NCBI GenBank assembly: GCA_963662275.1
Contig: OY759316.1
Coordinates: forward strand, 1,088,001-1,152,000
Length of the DNA: 64,000 nt
Origin: Candidatus Cloacimonadales bacterium
Lineage (GTDB): Bacteria > Cloacimonadota > Cloacimonadia > Cloacimonadales > DAONDQ01
Direction: 5' to 3'
A program made the translations under genes and the position numbers. Under the pieces are notes generated by a model. It was not told the DNA's origin, made no database searches, and saw only the letters and a list, made by a program, of their open reading frames with translations. Positions 19,905 through 33,248 of the stretch are shown here, one piece after another (the first letter of the stretch is position 1; each line of letters begins with the position of its first letter).

Positions 19905-21374
19905 ATGTTTAAGCATCAACTTGTAATCTTTATTATTTGTCTTTGTTCTGTCTGTCTATTTGGTCAAGACCATCATTATCATGCTATCTGTGTTGATTCA
20001 CTTCAAGTTCCATATGAATATAATTGCTTTAAACAGAATACTGATGGATCTATCACTTTTTTTCAAATTAGTAGCACTCTCAATGAAATCAGTTTTAACA
20101 AATTCACGTTATCTTATGATTTAGTTTTTTCAGGATTGGAGACATTTTATACAGATCAAGTCTCAAATTCAAACTTAATATATTATTCTAACTTATTCGG
20201 AAATGAATATTTCAAAGTTTCCACAACAAGAGGTTCATTATTTTATATCTTTCGTGATGAGCAGTTAATCAGGAAATTAGATTCTCATATATTCCTTCCT
20301 ATAGATGCATCACATATAGTTTATAATACTCAAACAAAATATTATAAACTAAACATAATCACTCATGATTTAGATTCTCTTTCTTTAAGTCCAATATACC
20401 TTGCACTGGGAAGCTTACCATATAACAATCAACAATTTTTAATTAAATATAATTCAGACTTATTTCATCAATATTATCTGGTTATTAACAATGATTTGAC
20501 AATAGCGGATACTGTAACTGTAAATGAAAGTAGTGGTTTAAATGATTTACCGGATTTGAATTTTAACCCTCAACATGTAACAATCAATCAGTTGGGAGGG
20601 TATATAATCATGCTGGCTTATAGTAATAATCTGGAAGGAAATGCTCTTGTTGTCTTTAATGATCAAAATGAAATTGTTTATATTCTCAATGACTATGGGA
20701 CTGTGTATGACATTATTGTTTTGGATCAAAGCAATTTAGCTTTTCTTTATAATAATGAAAGTATGCATGTTAGATTTCTTATGAAACTTGTTTTTGGAGA
20801 TATTATCTATAATGATGTTATTCCAACAGAGTCATTTCCATACAGACAATTCATTGATCCCTGCAACCTGATTGTAACCTTATTTTATTCAAATGAGAAT
20901 GTACTAGGAATATCAGAATTATCTGATTTCCCCAATTATCAATATTCAGGTTTAACTGAACAATACTCATTAGATCAAGCTCAAATTAATTATTGGAATT
21001 TGGCTGATTCTTGCTTTCTTATAGATTTTAACACGGGATCATCTCATTATATTAAGAAATTCAGAATCATAGGAACAACCGATAATCATGATGCATTGGC
21101 AGTTTCGAAACCTGTATTGAAATGCTACCCTAATCCGTTTCATTCAAGTATCACTATCGAATATCTTTCAAACATCAAAAATGAAAGGACTCAAATTTAT
21201 ATATATAACATTAAGGGACAGCTAGTTAGAAGCTATCAGTCAGATAAAAATACTTCGATAAAATGGGATGGGAAAGATAAATATGGCAGATATGTATCTG
21301 AGGGTGTTTATCTCGTAAACTTGCAAACCAATAAAGAATCTAAGAGAGCCAATAAGATTCTCTTTCTCAAGTAG
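19905..21374 (+). CDS. Secreted hypothetical protein with FlgD-Ig/T9SS-like C-terminal domain
   Basis: Signal peptide, AGGAG RBS, C-terminal CYPNPF..IYNIKGQLVR..WDGKD..GVYLV. Confidence 0.8.
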   Translation: MFKHQLVIFIICLCSVCLFGQDHHYHAICVDSLQVPYEYNCFKQNTDGSITFFQISSTLNEISFNKFTLSYDLVFSGLETFYTDQVSNSNLIYYSNLFGNEYFKVSTTRGSLFYIFRDEQLIRKLDSHIFLPIDASHIVYNTQTKYYKLNIITHDLDSLSLSPIYLALGSLPYNNQQFLIKYNSDLFHQYYLVINNDLTIADTVTVNESSGLNDLPDLNFNPQHVTINQLGGYIIMLAYSNNLEGNALVVFNDQNEIVYILNDYGTVYDIIVLDQSNLAFLYNNESMHVRFLMKLVFGDIIYNDVIPTESFPYRQFIDPCNLIVTLFYSNENVLGISELSDFPNYQYSGLTEQYSLDQAQINYWNLADSCFLIDFNTGSSHYIKKFRIIGTTDNHDALAVSKPVLKCYPNPFHSSITIEYLSNIKNERTQIYIYNIKGQLVRSYQSDKNTSIKWDGKDKYGRYVSEGVYLVNLQTNKESKRANKILFLK

Positions 21375-21382
21375 GAGGCATA

Positions 21383-24300
21383 ATGAAAAACATTGTACAT
21401 CTAATATTCATATTTCTTTTTTTTAGCACCTTGGCTTCTGGAATTAATAATTACGAATACCCGGCTTTAGTATTAAAATTCAACACATCAATTAGTCCAA
21501 CTTTGAATGATGGTATAGTACATACCGGAATTCAAACGATCGATTCATTAAATGTCATTTATCACGCAAATAATTTCGAATATCAAGATATTCCAACTTC
21601 ACAATATATTAGGAACATATTAGTAATGTCTTTTGACAAATATGTTTGTAAAATTGACTCAATACTTCCATTATACTTATCAGCAGGGAATACATTATGC
21701 CAATACATCATAATACTAAAAGAACCCATAGAGTTAAGTGCTCCTAATGAGTATTTATACGCACCGACATTTATTCATCCAGATGATACTATGGGAGAAA
21801 TAGAAAATGTGCAGGATGATAATTACTGGGGAATCTATAATTTCTTTTACGACCCAAACCCTGCCCACAATCCGCTTAATATTTATACAGTACCTCAATA
21901 TACTGCTTTTTTCCCTGATATGACTTTTCAGGATATGGGCTTACATACTCATCCACTTTTTCCATGGCAATATAAACCGCATGGGCATATTGGATTATGG
22001 CATTTGCTTCCAGAGTATGATGATTTGGTAAAAGCATGGGATTATACTAAGGGCGAAGGGGTAACGGTTATTAATAATGAAACTACATATTGGGGTATTC
22101 ACCCAGATTTAATAAACCAATGGAGTACTGCATTTCATTCTACACCTCCAAATGGTATTCCAAGACCTCCTCAGGATCATGACGAGTGGAAGAATGAATA
22201 CCACGCTACAAATATAGCCGGTATCCTTGTTGGGCAAGAAGAGAATACACAAGAAAACACATTATCTGTAAGAAGTAGTATAGGTATTTCACCCCATGCA
22301 AAGCTGATAGGTAAAAATTTCAATAGTACTTCTTTGGATGATTTTATCAATTCTCATCCGGCTGAAAATATAAGGGTATTAAGTGTCAGTACTGTTTTCT
22401 ATTATGATGAAGATCTTACATACTTACCTTATTGGGAAGACTGGATTCGAAGGTATTCACAAGAACTAAATATAGTAGTTGCTGTAGCCAGAGGATATGG
22501 AGATCTAGACCATAGAAGCTTAACAGCAATTTTAGGACAAGAATTTGAAGGAGTAATATGTGTTGGTGATTATAATCCAGATTATAAAATAACCACACAC
22601 TTTGACGATTCTTCTAATAATTCTAATCCAGATTTATATAAAGTTGAAATTAATGCACCTGGATGGTGCGTATGGACAACAAGCTTTACTGTTAATCAGG
22701 ATCACACTCAAATTATCCCTATGTTGCAACCAAGTACTAATACTTCATCTGCTACACCACAAGTTGCAGGTGTTTGTGTTTTATTAGCATCACTCTATCC
22801 ATGGATGACACCTGCGGAAATCGAAAGACAAATTAAACTTGGTGCACATCATCTTGATGATATTTTGCTTGCCAATGCTAATGGAAATAACCCACTAATA
22901 CCAAATACTCCTTCTGATTTCTTTGGAGCAGGTTGCCTGGATGCTTACGGTTCATTATTTCTCCATGGTGATTTTACGAGAAACTTCACCTTTCAAAATG
23001 AACCCAATAATACAGCATTAATTGGCACTGAGTTTTGCTTCTGTAAAAATCATGGGTAGCCAGATTCAGCGAAATAGAAGTGGAATAGAATTATACCACT
23101 GTATGGATGGTTCAATAAAAACAAATAATATTTCATTTAATACGAATGGAATCTATCTATATGGATCGCATATTGATATTTCAGGAACTAATCAGATTAC
23201 CTATAATTCAAACACATCAAATCGTCCTTTTGGTAATGGAATTGTTGCAGAGAGATCATCACAATGGTCACTGATCGGTGATAATATACCTTCCCCTGCT
23301 GCTATCCAGTCAATTCATAATAACCAGAAAGAACAAATATTGTTCGAATCAAATTCTATTCCTTTACATATGTATTATAACGAGATTTATTCAACTAATC
23401 ATAATTACCCATATTTGCGAATGTGGGGAGATTATCATGGACCTGTAATAGATATATCTGAAAATTATTGGTCAAATGATTTTGTACCTGAAAGAGATAT
23501 TGTCCCATTAGAGCATTTTAGATACCTAAGGATTTGGATACCTGGGCGCGATAGAGAGGTGATTGAAAATGAAGCACAAGATATCTTTGATCAAGCATTA
23601 GATGCAGAGAATAATGAGGATTATGTAGTAGCAGAAGCTTTACTTAAAGAGGTTATTGCAGAATATTCTGATACAAAAGTTTGTCCTGATGCTGCCAAAG
23701 AACTGATATTTTTAGTTGAAAAGTATAATCAGAATTACCAAGCTCTTGAAATCTACTACAAAACATTCCCTGAGCTAAGAGATGATCCAAGGATTTGCAA
23801 AATTGCAGATTACTTAGCCAACATATGCAAAATCAAACAAGGTGAATATGAAGAAGCTATCTCATACTTTGAAGATATTATCCAGAATCCCGATAACCTT
23901 CCTGATTCCATCTTTGCAGTAATAGATGCAGGTTATACTTATCTTCTTTTAGCAGAAAATTCTGAAAAATCAGCATTTACAGGACGGATAGCTTGGTTAA
24001 AACCAAAATCAGTAGGTTTGTATTTGGATAATAGAACGAATCTTTTAGATATGTTATACAATGGTAAAAGCGGTATCGACGAAACTCTATCTCCTGAAAT
24101 TCCTGTGATTTTTGGTTTAGAACAGAATTATCCAAATCCGTTCAATCCCAGTACAACCATATCCTATTCAATTCCTGAAGAAGCTCAGGTTGCGATTCAT
24201 ATCTATAACATCAAAGGGCAACTTGTTAGAACTCTCTTCAATGATAACCAGATAAAAGGTAATCACAAACTGATTTGGGATGGGAAGAATGATATGGGTA

Positions 24301-24383
24301 AGCTTTCCAGCAGCGGATTGTATTTGATAAGGATTGATTTCCAGGGTAAGTCAATGACACGAAAAGCGCTTATGCTCAAGTAA
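21383..24383 (+). pseudogene. S8 subtilase-family secreted protein with beta-helix, TPR-like and FlgD-Ig/T9SS-like domains, split by a frameshift near 23033-23036 (ORFs 21383-23059 and 23022-24383)
   Basis: ORF1 has a signal peptide and AWDYTKGEGVTV, HATNIAGIL, INAPG, TSSATPQVAG, FFGAGCLDA but no C-terminal domain. The overlapping ORF2 (+1 frame, no RBS or signal peptide) ends in QNYPNPFNPSTTI..YNIKGQLVR. Confidence 0.7.
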
Positions 24384-24413
24384 TCTAATCCAAATTGAAT
24401 ATACATAAAATAC

Positions 24414-24443
24414 ACCAATGGGTGGCTAGTGCCACCCATTGGT
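24414..24443. terminator. Strong hairpin after the subtilase locus (terminator or REP-like palindrome)
   Basis: ACCAATGGGTGGC-TAGT-GCCACCCATTGGT perfect 13-bp stem; no immediate T-tract. Confidence 0.55.
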
Positions 24444-24579
24444 ATTGAAACCATTGGTTCAATCTTTCTTTCTTCTTTCAGTCTATCATCCCTTCAGTTC
24501 TTTCCACCTCAATAAATTGTATGATCTAAAAATTCATTGCCTATTTTCTTGAAGATGAGAAGGATGTAATCAAATATAG

Positions 24580-26598
<2,019 letters not shown>

Positions 26599-26621
26599 AC
26601 TATGAAGCATGGATTTAAAGA

Positions 26622-27923
26622 ATGACTAAAACCCTTGATCGCTATGTCCTGAAAGAACATATAGGACCATTCTTTGTGTCATTAATGGTCGTTACATTTG
26701 TTCTATTAATGGATCAGATCATGGATCTGTTAAATGTCATTATCGAAAAGCGACTGGATTTTATAACGATCATGAATGTGTTTGGTCTTACTATTCCATT
26801 CCTGCTGGCTCTCTCTATTCCTATGGCAGTACTCATTGCCACGATTATGGCTTTCGGCAGACTGCAAACTGATTCTGAGATCATCGCCATTAAATCATGT
26901 GGGATTAATGTTTACAGGTTAATCACTCCTCTTGTCGTGATTGGTATGCTCCTGTCTTTGTTCATGATCTATTTTAATAATTATATTCTACCTGAGACTA
27001 ATCATCGTTTGAAGAACATGATGATCAAAATTGCTTATTACAGACCTATGACAATCATTAAGGCTGGTGAGTTCAATTCTGTTACGAGCTACACAATTTA
27101 TGTGAAGGAAAATGACGGTGTTGAAATGAAGGGCATCATCATTTATGATACGGAAAGCAGTCATTATCCAAAGACCATCACGGCAAAGCGGGGAAATATT
27201 GTCCAAATGGCATCTGGGAATTCAATGCGGGCGATATTATATGATGGTGAGATGATGATTCGGGATGAAAAGGATCAAAATAAATTCGAAGTGCGCTCAT
27301 TCAAAAAACTCGTATTAAATATCAAGGATCTCGGGAACAATCTTGACTTTGAAGATACCAGTTTTCGAAGTGATAGAGAGATGGGTGCAAAACAATTGAA
27401 AACAGAGATTCAAAGCCGTAAAAACGAGATTGCCACCCTGGAGAAGGATAATCATCGTCTCTTAAGGAAAAGTGTATTTTATGGTGCCGATCCTTCCAAT
27501 GAGGAATATGTCAGGGAATCCCATAAGGCAGAAGTACTTCTTAGAATGAATAAAGATAGATTAACTGATCTGAGGGAAAGTATCCGTTCCTTTGAAGTTG
27601 AGTATAATAAGAAATACTCAATCGCCTTCGCATGCATTATATTTGTACTTATTGGTATTCCTCTGGGGCTGATGACAAAATCAAGCGGAATAGGGATGGC
27701 GTTTTCTGTGAGTTCCTTCATCTTCCTAATCTATTATGTATCCTTGGTAGGTGGGGAGCAAATGGCTGATAAAGGTATTATGTCACCATTTATAGCCATG
27801 TGGCTATCCGATATTTTGTTTTTGATTTTAGCAGGCTTTTTAATTTTTGCTTCTATACGTGAAAAGAGTTTATTCGATTTTCACAAATTACGCGATAAAC
27901 TCACAAAACTTCTAAGATTGTAG
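26622..27923 (+). CDS. lptF: LPS export ABC transporter permease, LptF-like
   Basis: KTLDRYVLKE, PMAVLIATIMAFGRL..DSEIIAIKSCG, 3+3 TM topology; paired with an LptG-like gene. Confidence 0.85.
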   Translation: MTKTLDRYVLKEHIGPFFVSLMVVTFVLLMDQIMDLLNVIIEKRLDFITIMNVFGLTIPFLLALSIPMAVLIATIMAFGRLQTDSEIIAIKSCGINVYRLITPLVVIGMLLSLFMIYFNNYILPETNHRLKNMMIKIAYYRPMTIIKAGEFNSVTSYTIYVKENDGVEMKGIIIYDTESSHYPKTITAKRGNIVQMASGNSMRAILYDGEMMIRDEKDQNKFEVRSFKKLVLNIKDLGNNLDFEDTSFRSDREMGAKQLKTEIQSRKNEIATLEKDNHRLLRKSVFYGADPSNEEYVRESHKAEVLLRMNKDRLTDLRESIRSFEVEYNKKYSIAFACIIFVLIGIPLGLMTKSSGIGMAFSVSSFIFLIYYVSLVGGEQMADKGIMSPFIAMWLSDILFLILAGFLIFASIREKSLFDFHKLRDKLTKLLRL

Positions 27924-27931
27924 GAATTCGC

Positions 27932-29020
27932 ATGAGATTATTAGATAGATACATCATTCGGGAATTCCTGAATACTTACTTCATAATTCTGAGTTCATTT
28001 TCAGTACTTTTCATCGTCATCGATGTGATTGATCGTCTGCCAAGATTGATTAGGAGCGGTGCTACATTTCAGTTAGCTGTCAGTTATTATTTACTGAACC
28101 TGCCTTACCTGTTTGTATTAACTTCTCCTATTACGCTGCTTTTAACAGGCTTATTCCTAATGAATTCCCTGGCTAAATACAATGAATCAATTGCTGTAAG
28201 GGCAGCCGGGATAAGTGTGAAAAGAATGGTCATGCCATTACTGGGTTTAGGGCTGTTTATCAGCATATTTATGGGTATTTTTGGCGAATATGTATTACCT
28301 TGGGCAGAAACATCCCGTGACTATGTTTATAATGTCAAGATCAAGAATCAGCCTCCGGAAGATGAAAAATTACGAGCACGCATCCATTATATTGGAAAGC
28401 AGAATCAGATGTATTACATTGGTTTTTTTGATGGATATCGCAACCAGTTGAAAGTAATTGATATTTCCTATTTTGATTCAAAAACAGGTGAGATTGTTGA
28501 GAAAATATCAGCTTCAGAAGCGAATTGGATTGCGGGGAAATGGTTGTTCAGAAATTGTGATATAAGGAAATTCAAAAATCATACGCCTGTTTCTTATGAG
28601 CATTTTGAAGCTACATATTTGCCGATGGTGGATGTTGCTCCTATCGATTTTATTAAAAGTGCAAAAAAACCACTTTCCATGAATTACTTTGAATTGAAGT
28701 CCTATGTGAACAGGCTCCAAAAAGTCGGAGAGAAATATACGAAGCAAACGGTTGATTTGTATATGAAATTATCCTATCCTTTAGCGAATTTCATTATCCT
28801 ATTCTTTTGTGTTCCCGTTGCAACAGCCAATGTTCGCAGCAAGGGAAGAGGATGGGTTTTTATGATTGGATTACTTGTCTGCTTCATCTACTTAACAGCA
28901 CTACGTTTTTCTCAAAGTCTTGGATACAATGGATTATTATCACCAATTCTATCAGCCTGGATTCCAAACATGTTATTTCTGTCATTGGGTATGTTTTTTT
29001 TATGGAAAGCGGAAATATAG
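27932..29020 (+). CDS. lptG: LPS export ABC transporter permease, LptG-like
   Basis: RLLDRYIIRE, NESIAVRAAGIS, KLSYPL, SAWIPN motifs. Confidence 0.85.
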   Translation: MRLLDRYIIREFLNTYFIILSSFSVLFIVIDVIDRLPRLIRSGATFQLAVSYYLLNLPYLFVLTSPITLLLTGLFLMNSLAKYNESIAVRAAGISVKRMVMPLLGLGLFISIFMGIFGEYVLPWAETSRDYVYNVKIKNQPPEDEKLRARIHYIGKQNQMYYIGFFDGYRNQLKVIDISYFDSKTGEIVEKISASEANWIAGKWLFRNCDIRKFKNHTPVSYEHFEATYLPMVDVAPIDFIKSAKKPLSMNYFELKSYVNRLQKVGEKYTKQTVDLYMKLSYPLANFIILFFCVPVATANVRSKGRGWVFMIGLLVCFIYLTALRFSQSLGYNGLLSPILSAWIPNMLFLSLGMFFLWKAEI

Positions 29021-29095
29021 GATACTCCAAATTATCTTGACGAATAAGTATAATGACAAACTTTAACACATTATATATGAATTGAAGGAGTAAAG

Positions 29096-30277
29096 ATGCG
29101 TAAATTTACATTCATTCTATTAGCCTTGCTTGTTTCATTTTTCGGCATTTCATGTGCAAATGCAGCAGAAAAAGTAACACCAAAGGGAAGAGTTAATCTG
29201 CGAAATGCCAATATGTATCTGCAACAGATGAAATTGGATAAGGCGATGTCTTTTTACCAGGAAGTTTTGAAGGAAAATCCGAATAATATAGAATCCATCA
29301 AAAAGACAGGTGATATTTATTTTGCCTGGGGTGAAGAAAAAGTGTCACAACCTATTGATACAACAAAATCACAAGATGACCAAATACTTCAGAAGATCAA
29401 ACATGATACTGAATCAGTTGATTCATATATCTTATCATTTAAGCAGTATCAACGTTTCCAGGAATTAAGCAAGGACAAATCAGACCTGTCAAAGGATGAA
29501 GAATCTTGGAAAGTGGAAACTTCCAAGAAAATGCTGGGCTGTGAAGCTCGTATTTTCCGTACCGGTAAAGAATATGTCTCTATGGAAAATTATAAAACAG
29601 CCATAGAAATCTTCGACAAACTGCATCTCTTAGATTTAAAAAAACCGGAAGCAATGAAAATGCTGCTCTTCATCTATTTAGAACAACAAAATGCAGTAGC
29701 AGAGACAATGAAAGCATCCTATAATACAAAGATTGAAGATCTTCTAAATCAATTGATTGCAATCAATCCCAAGGATCCGGAAACACTTTCAAAACTGGGT
29801 GCCTTCTATTATACTAACAAACAGATGGATAAAGCCCTGGAAGTGTTTAAGCAAATCGAAACCTTGAAACCAAAGGACACGGATAATCTGTTTAGCTTGG
29901 TTGGCATCTATTATGATAAAAAGATGGTTAAGGAAGCTTATGAAACAGATCAGAAGATTCTTGTACTTGATCCCAATAACTTAGACGCTATCGATAATGC
30001 CAGGAATTTTGCCGTGGAACTGAAAAAGAATGATGAAGCGAAGAAGTATTTTGTGAAACTGATAGAATTAAATAAAACCACTGATAACCTGAGCCAGTAC
30101 TGTTATTTTTTATCCAGTAATGCCATGTATACAGATTTATTACCTGTTGCTCAGCAATGGTATGAAATGGATTCTTCAGCCAAGCTTGCTGTCCAATTTA
30201 TCGTTCTTTCCGCTGGGAAACTCGGTAAAAAAGAGATGGCAAACTATTACAATGATGTTCTAAAGAAAATGGAGTAA
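29096..30277 (+). CDS. Exported tetratricopeptide-repeat protein
   Basis: Signal peptide; multiple TPRs (AMSFYQEVLKENPNN, LIAINPKDPETLSKLG, ILVLDPNN). Confidence 0.85.
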   Translation: MRKFTFILLALLVSFFGISCANAAEKVTPKGRVNLRNANMYLQQMKLDKAMSFYQEVLKENPNNIESIKKTGDIYFAWGEEKVSQPIDTTKSQDDQILQKIKHDTESVDSYILSFKQYQRFQELSKDKSDLSKDEESWKVETSKKMLGCEARIFRTGKEYVSMENYKTAIEIFDKLHLLDLKKPEAMKMLLFIYLEQQNAVAETMKASYNTKIEDLLNQLIAINPKDPETLSKLGAFYYTNKQMDKALEVFKQIETLKPKDTDNLFSLVGIYYDKKMVKEAYETDQKILVLDPNNLDAIDNARNFAVELKKNDEAKKYFVKLIELNKTTDNLSQYCYFLSSNAMYTDLLPVAQQWYEMDSSAKLAVQFIVLSAGKLGKKEMANYYNDVLKKME

Positions 30278-30345
30278 TCTAATTTTTGTGAAGAGATATA
30301 GTTTAAGACTGACCTTCAAGATCAGCCAGGACTTTTGACAATGAA

Positions 30346-30381
30346 AATACCTCGCTTTCGGGCGAGGTATTGTTTTTTTTT
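30346..30381 (+). terminator. Intrinsic terminator
   Basis: AATACCTCGCT-TTCG-GGCGAGGTATT stem-loop followed by a long T-tract. Confidence 0.85.
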
Positions 30382-30466
30382 GTAAAAACGAATATCTAGC
30401 AAAATATGGAACATGATTTGCACTATTAATCAAGGTAGAAACTAGTTTATTCTGTTAGGGGGTTTT

Positions 30467-33166
30467 TTGAAAAAGAACTTGCTTATTGCCATGCTTTTGA
30501 CAATTGCCACGACTATTTTGTTGGCTGCTCCAGTGTTCAATACACCTGTAGATTTGACTCAACCGGATGGAACGATACTTCATTGTTTTGCAAGTGGAGA
30601 TGAATTTCATAATTGGCTGCATGATAAAAATCAATATACAATTATACAGGATTCTCATAACGGCTGGTATACATATGCCATTCACGATGGGATGAATGTG
30701 AAATCAAGCTCATATATCGTTGGGCAAATCGATCCTCAATCGGCTGGTTTAGTTCCAAAGATTAATGTTTCTGAAGAACTTGTCAGACAGAGACGTCTTG
30801 AATTTGAACAGATGACTTCCTCTCATAGCAGAAATACACGGGCACCGCATACAGGTGTGTTAAACAACATCGTTGTTTTCATTCGTTTTGCTGATGAAAG
30901 CGAATTTTCAGAGACTATGAACGCATTTGATTATATGTTCAACTCACAAGCTGAAGATGCCAATTCGATGCATCATTACTTTGAGGTTGCCTCATATGGG
31001 CAGCTTGATATTGAGTCTCACTATTATCCTGTTTCCCCTGATTCGTTTATTGTATCCTACCAGGATTTACAGCCAAGAGGTTATTATGAGCCTTTCAGCG
31101 AGATGAATAATATCGGATATCAAGGCGGAGACAATGGAGATGAAAGAGTCACTCGAGAACATGAATTACTTTTAAGTGCCATAGATGGTATCTCCAACCA
31201 AGTACCAGCGAACTTGAATATCGATGGCGATAATGATGGCGAAGTTGATAATGTCTGCTTCCTGATAAAGGGTTCACCGAATGGGTGGTCTTCCCTCTTA
31301 TGGCCTCATCGTTGGTCATTATATTCAGTGGACGCATATATTCAGGGAAAACGAGTCATGGATTTCAATCTCCAGCTTCAATCGATGACATATAGTTCTG
31401 GTGCGGGCGTGTTAAGCCACGAAATGTTTCATTCATTAGGTTCTCCAGATCTATATCGTTATTCTGATACTTCAATTTCACCAATTGGTGGCTGGGATTT
31501 GATGTCAAATGACCATAATCCACCCCAATATATGGCAGTATATATGAAATATATGTATGGTCAATGGCTGACATCAATACCAACGATTACTACCTCTGGT
31601 ACTTATACTTTGTATCCAAATCAATCTTTAGATAATAGTATCTATCGAATACCCTCCTATAGAACTAGTGAATATTTTATTGTAGAATATCGTAAGCAGG
31701 AAGGAATGTTTGATTCCGTACCAGGTAAGGGACTAGTCGTTTATCGGGTGAATAGTCAAGAAAATGGAAATGCTTACGGTCCACCGGATGAGTTTTATAT
31801 CTTTAGACCAAACGGTACATTAACAAACTCAGGGAGCTTAGATCTTGCAGCTTTCAGTTCTCAATCAGGGAGAACCTTTATCAATGATTCTTCTAATCCG
31901 GCTGATTTCCTGTCTGATGGTCAACCGGGCGGCTTGGATATCAGTAACATCGGTATAGCAGGAGAAACGATAACTTTTGATGTCAAGCTGGCGAATCTCC
32001 AGGTGATGTCACCAAATGGAAGAGAAGTATGGTTCTATGGAACTTCCAAGACAATTCGCTGGTCTTCACTTAGTCCTACCGGCTATGTTAAAATTGAATA
32101 TTCGATTGATGACGGATTATCCTGGAATATGATTGTCCCCAGTACTTTCAATACAGGAAGTTATGTTTGGAATCAGATACCCAATCTGTATACATCCAAT
32201 TGCATTGTGCGGGTTTCTCATTTAACCAATAATTGGACTGATATCAGCAATAATTCGTTTTCCATTTTGAACAATATTCCAATACCAACACCCACTTCAC
32301 CTCAGAACCAGGCAACCAATGTCGTGACGAATCCAATGCTGACCTGGCAAACTACGATCGGAACTCTTTCGTATCAAATGCAGATTTCAACTGATGCTGA
32401 ATTTGGACAACTCATAGCCGAGCAAAGCAATATAACACACGCATATTATCAAACCCCTACCTTGAATCCATTTACCACTTATTATTGGCATGTCTGCTCG
32501 AATACGGAAGTTGGATTGGGTGAATATACAGAGACCCAAAGTTTCATAACAGGACAGGTCTCTGTTACACCTTCTGTCCCGATCATGTCTTTACCTGTCA
32601 ATTCAGCATCTGGTTTACCTGCGAATCCTGAATTTTCCTGGAACAGCAGTTTTCAAGCTGATAGTTATCAATTAGTAATTGCCAGAGATAATTATTTTAC
32701 TCAAATAGTAATCAGTCATGATAATATCACAGAGACAAGTTATCAAGTTGCTTCTTTATTACCCAATACTCATTACTACTGGAGAATTCGGGCACACAAT
32801 ATCGCAGGTTATAGTAATTTCTCAATTATCAGGAATTTCACAACAGGTAACTATACGGCGACTGATGATCAGATTAATTCGGTAATAACCAAGAATGACT
32901 TATTTCCAAATTATCCAAATCCTTTTAATCCGGAAACGACAATTGCTTTTAGTTTGCTGAATCACCAATTTGTTAAGCTTGAGGTTTTTGATATTCGGGG
33001 ACAAAAAGTAACTTCTCTAATTCAATCCTCAATGGATGCAGGGATACATAAAGTTGTCTGGAATGGGACTGATTCTTCCGGGAAGAAAACAGCTACCGGT
33101 ATTTACTACAGTAAACTTTGTATAGGAAAACAGACATTTATTAGGAAAATGCTTCTGCTGAAGTAA
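30467..33166 (+). CDS. M6 (immune inhibitor A) family secreted metalloprotease with FN3-like and FlgD-Ig/T9SS-like C-terminal domains
   Basis: QPDGT..GDEFHNW propeptide, WPHRW, HEMFHSLGSPDLY (HExxHxxGxxD), WDLM, EYFIVEYR; tail NYPNPFNPETTI..FDIRGQKV. Confidence 0.92.
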   Translation: MKKNLLIAMLLTIATTILLAAPVFNTPVDLTQPDGTILHCFASGDEFHNWLHDKNQYTIIQDSHNGWYTYAIHDGMNVKSSSYIVGQIDPQSAGLVPKINVSEELVRQRRLEFEQMTSSHSRNTRAPHTGVLNNIVVFIRFADESEFSETMNAFDYMFNSQAEDANSMHHYFEVASYGQLDIESHYYPVSPDSFIVSYQDLQPRGYYEPFSEMNNIGYQGGDNGDERVTREHELLLSAIDGISNQVPANLNIDGDNDGEVDNVCFLIKGSPNGWSSLLWPHRWSLYSVDAYIQGKRVMDFNLQLQSMTYSSGAGVLSHEMFHSLGSPDLYRYSDTSISPIGGWDLMSNDHNPPQYMAVYMKYMYGQWLTSIPTITTSGTYTLYPNQSLDNSIYRIPSYRTSEYFIVEYRKQEGMFDSVPGKGLVVYRVNSQENGNAYGPPDEFYIFRPNGTLTNSGSLDLAAFSSQSGRTFINDSSNPADFLSDGQPGGLDISNIGIAGETITFDVKLANLQVMSPNGREVWFYGTSKTIRWSSLSPTGYVKIEYSIDDGLSWNMIVPSTFNTGSYVWNQIPNLYTSNCIVRVSHLTNNWTDISNNSFSILNNIPIPTPTSPQNQATNVVTNPMLTWQTTIGTLSYQMQISTDAEFGQLIAEQSNITHAYYQTPTLNPFTTYYWHVCSNTEVGLGEYTETQSFITGQVSVTPSVPIMSLPVNSASGLPANPEFSWNSSFQADSYQLVIARDNYFTQIVISHDNITETSYQVASLLPNTHYYWRIRAHNIAGYSNFSIIRNFTTGNYTATDDQINSVITKNDLFPNYPNPFNPETTIAFSLLNHQFVKLEVFDIRGQKVTSLIQSSMDAGIHKVVWNGTDSSGKKTATGIYYSKLCIGKQTFIRKMLLLK

Positions 33167-33248
33167 GTTTGTTAGATCAGGATGTCATTCTTGCAATACT
33201 AAACGTTCAGTAGGATCGAGACCTAAGCTATATGGTGAATTGAATAGG

